From the NCBI GenBank assembly GCA_001938485.1, contig MQRK01187068.1, forward strand, positions 36,489 through 93,501: a stretch of 57,013 bases of DNA, read 5' to 3'. A program made the translations under genes and the position numbers. Shown one piece after another: positions 50,300-57,013 of this stretch (the first letter of the stretch is position 1; every line of letters begins with the position of its first letter). Below the pieces are notes generated by a model that had not been told where the DNA came from, made no database searches, and saw only the letters and a list, made by a program, of their open reading frames with translations. Source of the stretch: Girardia tigrina (Eukaryota).

Positions 50300-52001
50300 T
50301 ACGGGAAAACCGTTACATCAAAGGCCTTTGCTGATTGGACGAATTTTTGGTTGATGACGTCAGTTGGAATTCTAGAACGAGAAATATCAATGAAATCGAT
50401 CGCTATAATGTTCCTCGCCGAGACCAGTGTCAGACGTATAGCGATTATAGGAAATCTAAATCAAATTTCAATAATAATTCTTTTTCCTCAATCGATAAAA
50501 ATCGATTGTCTCCATCTTCAAACGACAGTCGCGGTCATGAAAATTGGAAGCGAAAATATTCAGAAGAGGAAACAAGTTACAATTATGCATCCAGAGACAG
50601 AAAAGAATGATATAGTTATCGCGATCATCCCGGAGAACAAAGTCATTCATATCGCGATTTTAAGAAATACAACGCAGTCAATAACATCGGTGGCGGCGTC
50701 AATTCGGTCAATGATCTCAACAAATCAAACAGTCGCGTCAGCGATTCTCTCTGCTCAAACAATTTTCCCCGCTCGACGATTCTACAGCCCGTCAACGCCG
50801 TCATCGATTCGTCGACACATCAACTCGCAAAACCCTCTACGTCTAGTCAAAATGCTTCATGGGACGATATGCTGTGGAATATCCGTTATCGCAAATGTTA
50901 GTGATTATTTTCTCCCCTCGACCCGAAATCCATCCCCTAACACCAGAGTATCGTGGCCATGCAACCGCTGCGCAGCCCACTCTGTTATCACCAATATTTG
51001 ATAGATGAGGATGATAAATTTACTATTTATTCATTGAAATTTTTGTCATGTCGTCGTGACATTATATCAATTGCCAAAGCAATTATTGAACATTTAAAAG
51101 AATATTTTAAATGCTCAGAAGAACGTGGAACGTTTCTTGTATGCAGATATACATGGAGCGATTTTTTACTTAGCTCAGTATTAAGTTATTCTTGCTCACA
51201 CTAAATTAGTTTTGACTACACTTGATCGATCTCGTGAGCATAGTCAAGAAAATTTTCATAAAATCTTCTCACAAGATAATGAACTTTTTGCACATGTTTT
51301 TTTCAAGTCATACTGGAATCGAGATTCTCAGAACTACTCAGTGCTCTGCATATAGACATTCTCAGGATGACTACTTACAATGTATTTCTTGATAACGCTG
51401 GAAGACAATTTTGTTAACCACGAGAAGATATTTTGATTTTTTGAAGCTCTTATTCCTTTCCACTGCTATAAAGTTACTGATATCAACTTTGAAGATCTCG
51501 GCCAATTTTATGAATCCTCTGTCTATGAGCGGCAATTGCTATCGGAGTTTCGCATTTATTCGGATTTATTTATTCACAGTGTATTCTCTAAAACCAGACA
51601 GCGACAGTGTTGGTAGCAATTTGTCAAATATCCTCTTTTTTCAAAATATAAAGAGCTTTTTTCCTTTTCTTTCCTCACTATATATGTGGCAATTATTACA
51701 GCCGAAAGAATATTTTTCGCTCTGAACCGAATGAAAACAAATACAAGAAGTATTATGAACAAAAACTGACTTAGGGGTCTGGTGATGTTGTCAATACACT
51801 GGGACGTTTCAGTCAGTGCTGACGAAGTACGGAAGATTTTAGTCAATCACAAAGACTTCTTATCATTATTTAATTCTTTATTCCTTACAATTTCTGTAAA
51901 ATACACTTGTTTAATCGTAAAAGGGGGAGCAATGTAATGAGGAAAAAGCATATTCAAATTGCTTCAAATCTTAACATTCCTTATTCAATGGAAGTGTTAC
52001 A
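50300..52001 (+). mobile_element. Probable heavily deleted LTR retrotransposon remnant
   Basis: YHQYLIDEDDK...RDII...EHL RT-like remnant; polypurine tract AAAAGGGGGAG followed by TGTAA...TTACA (51933-52001). Confidence 0.45.
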
Positions 52002-53329
52002 GATAATTTATATTGGAATAACAAGTACAAAACCATGACCAACAACTTGACAAAGCTCTTTTGCAATATGAAATGACCAAAATTAAAGAAAATAACACTT
52101 ATCAGTCGCTGAATATGAATTCTAAATTGAACAGTCTTTATCAAGAATCATCCATCATTAATCCTTTTCAATCCAATCTAAGCACTCATTCAAGATCGAG
52201 TTTTCAAAATAAAAAAATTAACCTAATCCAAAACCCAAATGTTCCCAGTCAACCCAATAGTTGCCTCTATGTTTCTGTCAGTTTTGTCTAATCTTGACTC
52301 TTAATAAATTTGTTTATAAGTATTGCAACACTCAAGGGAGAAAATGAAATTCTAAAATCGAAAGTACGACAATCAGATGAAAGTTTTATTAAAAAGGACA
52401 AAGAATTAAATGAAGTTATTCAACGCATTAAAAAAAAGGGCAATGTGCAAGACTCTTCGATGAAAAATTTTGTAGCCATAAAGAAACTTCAACATGTTTT
52501 TCAATTGAAATCTGTTAAAAATAAAGAAACAGGAATGTTAAATATCAAAAATGATCTAAAAGATACCAAAATGAACGAGATAAATTTAAAATGAAATTTT
52601 GTTACAAAAGATAAGAAGTTTGCAACAAAAGATTTTGATGCTTGAAAATTTATCAAGTTCGAACACAAAAAATTTGAATTCATCCAATTTAGAGCAGTCA
52701 AAATTGTAATCCGAAAAATCTAAATATAAATCTGTTGCCAAACCAAAAAATGTAAAAGAAACTTATTAAATATAAAAAAAATTAATAAACGGAAAAACCA
52801 TGTTGCCAAAGTGGCATTAAAAATAAATCATATTAGATTAAAAAACCACATCATAGTGGTAATTATTGTCGAGAAATCATTTTCTCGAGTTTTCCTGATC
52901 TGTTGATTTGGTGGCCTCGTTTGATTGGCCCGTTTAAAGACAGTTATTGTAACAGTGTTTCTGTCGTGTGTGTCGCCATAATTAAGTGTGATTTTTGAAG
53001 AATTATTAAATAATTAAAAAAAAGTTTGTTTTGTCGAAATAAAAAAAACATTTGTGGCGGGGAAAAGAAATTGTAAATTAATTTATGTTCGTTTGTGGGA
53101 AAATTTAAAAAAAATTTTGTGTGTCGTTCAAGAAAAGATTTTTTTCGTTGACTAGAAACAAAAGTTTTCCAATGAACTCCAGTTCTTGCGGCGACGGAAT
53201 ATTGCACTTGTTGCTTCTGAGTTCTCGATCTGGTGGCATGACTGTGAATTTGGTAGAGGCTGATCGTGGCACCACTCTCCATGAATCGTGGGACTCCTTT
53301 TGTCGGAGCGCTATCGAAAAACGATATAT

Positions 53330-53620
53330 GAACAGCAAGTTACCAAACAGTCGCTGTCATGACGAATAGTCGACGAGCAACAAATCAGTCATCATTTTAA
53401 CGAAGATCTGAGATCATGTTAGGAATTCGAAACAGGGATGTATGATGCGATTAAAATTTATTCCTGCCACCAAGTTTTGCATAGCCACCGATGAGCTGCA
53501 TTTTCTATGGCCGAGACAAATCTGTTTTCCTTCCTGGCGGTTGATCCTCGTAGTTCAAGTAATCTAACAGAAGTTGAACTGATTGAGTCGGAACATTCAA
53601 TGAGTGAATTGAATTCAGTG
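53330..53620 (-). mobile_element. Possible MULE transposase remnant
   Basis: LLDYL..ED..GRK and ENAAHR..HP remnants across frameshifts. Confidence 0.35.
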
Positions 53621-54094
53621 CTTCGGTAATGCCTTTCTCCACGATCCACCAACCCCCCACCTTCGCCATTGCATGGCTGCCACGCCAAGCCCGCTCTCGT
53701 ACAAACAACACTAATTTCTAAGTCCAGCTTTTCTTTATTCTTGCAACATCCAATACCCCATCCTGAAATATTCGGATATCGAATAATTAAAAAAAAGTCT
53801 AAATATATTCGGATGTTCTAATTGGGAACTCTAGTTTCGACTTCTAAGGGATTATGTGGGTTTATCTTATCTCGATGATGTCAAGGTGTAGATGATACCC
53901 TTTGCTTTCAACAAGCCTTACAATAAATGCTGAAGTAATACAGTGTCATAAATCAATTTACGACTCGAATTCCACTCAGTGACAAGCATTCTGACACAGT
54001 CACATAAGCTACCTAATTATTGTAATAATATAATTTATTAATAAACAAAATCGGAAAACTAAAACAAGCCATTTGTTAAATAAGCATTTATTTT

Positions 54095-54600
54095 TTGTAC
54101 GACAATTAATTCGATGGTATAACCGTCATCATCAAAAATAAACGGTCTCAAGAAAAATGAATTCACAATTTTGTTACATAGACAAGCTTTGATTATGTAA
54201 TCATCCGATTGTTGTGTCATCCAAACACGCTCAATAGTGTTTTTATGAGACCCGTTTGCCAATTAATCTTAGGATCTAAAGATCTGATATAAAGTATTTT
54301 ATAAGGCACCCTCTCCCAATACTGTTTAAAACGAGTAAACAGAATTTTAAAATAATTTATGTTTATATTTTCGTTCGAATTACTACCCTTTCTGTGTTCT
54401 GCCATATTGCTCCCACTGACATTCAGACCTTTTTCTTGGATTCTCCTACTGAGATGACGGGACGTCTCTCCAATGTCTGTGTCATCGCACCCATTACATA
54501 TAAATTTATATACGAGATCCGAACAAAATCCAAATGGAGTTGGAGATTTATTACAAAATGCATTTTGGATTTTATATGTTTGTGAAATTATTTGCGGAGT
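54095..54600 (-). mobile_element. Penelope-like 3' fragment (GIY-YIG + pseudo-LTR with decayed hammerhead)
   Basis: VYKFICNGCDDTDIGETSRHL, YWERV..IRSLDPKIN; TGATGA-TGACGG..CCATC-GAA-TTAAT-T-GTC. Confidence 0.88.
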
Positions 54601-55317
54601 GTTATCATTTAGCGATGAATTGAAAGTAAAAGTAACTTAAATATTTATTCTATATTATTGATTTATTTTGTAGAATTTCATTTTTTCATTTATTTTATAT
54701 TTTTTATATATTATATATTTGTGCAATATTTCTATTTATTATTTTATAATTTCGTACATCTCACGAGCTCGCGGCACCCAGGTTGGGAATCACTGCTTTA
54801 AAACAACGAACATAAAAGCAGAATTATTATGCAAGAACTATTTAACATTTTTACATTTATACATAAATTTTCTTATTTTTAATTTTTTTTAATTAACAGA
54901 ACAAATATAATATAATGTATAATATAATATTTCAAAATTTAAATACTCCTCAGGAGGTCGAGGTAATCTACTATGGAAATGAAGAGTGTTGAAACACGTT
55001 TTTGGAAAAAAAAGTTTTTTATTTCAAAAATAAAACTTTATATTAGATAAACCGACTTCCTGAATTCGAGAAGAACATCAATGACGAATTTTTTTATGTT
55101 GTTAAAGTAATGTGACAGACAGTTTTTGGTACTGAAATGACGTGGAAGAAACGAAACTATTAAAATAAAACACATTCTGTGATTTTCCCCACTGTTTTCT
55201 AATTCTCAATTTAATCTACATTCTGATTGAAAACGTAGTAAAATGTTGGGTAACAGCTGCTCCAATTTGGACTTAATGTTTACAATTCTGTTAATAAAAT
55301 ACTCATTAATTGCAGAA

Positions 55318-55414
55318 ATGGCATTCAGATTTCCGTACTCTCTATCGAGCTCGATTTTATTTATATTACTTGTGAGTTACTGTCAATGCGCTCCTACCAA
55401 GTCTAGAGAAGCAG
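55318..55414 (+). CDS. Secreted His/acidic-rich protein, exon 1 (signal peptide)
   Basis: MAFRFPYSLSSSILFILLVSYCQC|AP has a hydrophobic core and plausible cleavage site; donor CAG|GTATTA, phase 1. Confidence 0.75.
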
Positions 55415-55469
55415 GTATTAACATTTTTTGTTATTTTATGAAAGGTTTACGAATATTTGATATTTTAAG

Positions 55470-56011
55470 GACCATGCATAGGTATGGACTGTTTACATGG
55501 AATGTTAATGCATGGGGATAACACAACTGGAATTGAACATGTTCATAAAGAAGAAAAAGAAGAGTCAGGTACACCTGGAGTAAAAACAATTGAAGATCAT
55601 ATGCATGGGGTTTTAATGCATGATGACGATAAACCCGGGATCGATCATTCAGAAGATCATGAAATGGATAAGAAAATTGATGATAATCTCAACAAACAAG
55701 CATTACGTAAGAAAAAAGATGGAATCGATGATCCTCATGATTTGATTCATGAAGAAAACAAATTAAAAGAAGTTCGTGATTTAAAAAAAAATTTCGAAAA
55801 CCGTGAGAATTCGTGGTTGGGAAACACGTGGAAAAAAGTTGCTTCTCTATTTCAGTCTGAGGAAGAAGAAGAGGTTCCAGTGCATGATATATTAGAAGAT
55901 TTATCTATCGTCGGAAACAGTGCCCAGGAATCAGCTAATCATTACCATCCAGAGAAGCATCCGAGAAAAGAAAAAGAAAAACATGCAAAAAAAGCCCATA
56001 CGGAAAATTGA
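55470..56011 (+). CDS. Secreted His/acidic-rich protein, exon 2 (212 aa total)
   Basis: A 55-bp GT-AG intron joins in frame to a 175-codon stop-free ORF in very AT-rich DNA; internal repeat HGxLMH..GI(D/E)H. Confidence 0.78.
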
Positions 56012-57013
56012 TGTAAATTTTGATTTTCGAAGATAAATTTCGAGACTAAATGAATTTATTTGTTATATGAATTATTTGTTACTGTGAATTTTCGAATTAT
56101 TATAAATAAAATTAGTCAATTTTTATTTTTTTTCATTCGAATAAATCTAATAATTCTTCCTTGTCGTTTTATTCTAAAAATTTTTTATTTTAAGTGTAAA
56201 GAGCAAGTATATTTTTCCTTCGATGGAAGTTATTTTAAATCACATTTGAGTAAAACCACGTCCTCATGTATATTCGCAAGGGTTCCTCCGTCATATCGCA
56301 TTTTCATCACAGCGTGACCGAGAAACCTACAAACAAACAAACTAAGTAACATTTAGACTAATATATTAAATAATTATTTAAAATAATTAATAAAAACAAA
56401 TCAATAAATAAAAATATAAAAAATATAAAATAATAATATAATAAATAAATAATTAATAACAATAGTTATTAACCAATAAATAATAAATTATAATAATTAT
56501 GAATTAAAAATTAAAACAGAAACTTTCAAAGACAAAAATTTAGCTCATTCGTCATACATGATGGATTTTTTATAGTAAATTATTATTTATTTAATTTATT
56601 ATAATTTATTTATTAATTATTAATAATTATTTATTCATTCCTTTTTATTTGATTATTATTTAGTAATTATTTAAATTTATTTTTAAATATTATTTTATAG
56701 TTTTTTTACTTTTAATTAATTATAATATTGATTTTTTTCAATTAATTAAATATTTATATTTTTTATATATTTAATTTTTAAATTTTTTTAAATTTTATTT
56801 TGTGTAATTTAATTTTTATTTTATTTTTGTATTTAATAATTTCATTAATATTATTTACTTGCAATTGTTAGTAGTCGATTAATAATAATTAATAATATAT
56901 GTAAGTAGCGTTTATGCCACTTTCATTATTATCATATTCTTGAGCCATGATTTAACACCACAAAAATTTATTAATATAACAATTCACATTTCTAAAACAA
57001 ATTTTCCTGTTAA

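Noticed and set aside
50297-51001. 234-aa ORF as a host gene
   Set aside because: Non-ATG start, no recognisable domain, and embedded in a probable retroelement remnant.

Overview
AT-rich eukaryotic (metazoan) genomic DNA with N gaps. The ~50-bp minimal introns, extreme AT content and TE spectrum suggest a planarian-like flatworm, but this is inference only. Three host genes are supported. (1) The first coding exon (CUT domain) of a ONECUT/HNF6 transcription factor on the minus strand (1597-2077); its homeodomain exon is not in the window. (2) A complete 8-exon choline/ethanolamine phosphotransferase (CEPT1/CHPT1 family, ~422 aa, 15007-46876, + strand) whose introns are inflated by transposons and a 3.2-kb 22-bp satellite. 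(3) A two-exon secreted His/Met/acidic-rich protein of no family I recognise (55318-56011). The rest is a dense, nested TE landscape: Penelope-like retroelements with hammerhead-ribozyme cores, a Ty3/gypsy element with ~105-bp AGTTG...AACT LTRs, several mariner subfamilies, DD40D and DD34E Tc1/IS630 elements, pogo/Tigger, piggyBac, hAT, Harbinger-type MITEs, MULE remnants and a Helentron-like element. No CRISPR, tRNA or rRNA was seen. I cannot claim a wholly new biological system. The best leads are the orphan secreted His/Met-repeat protein, the reconstructable Penelope hammerhead, the atypical mini-LTR gypsy and the structured intronic satellite.
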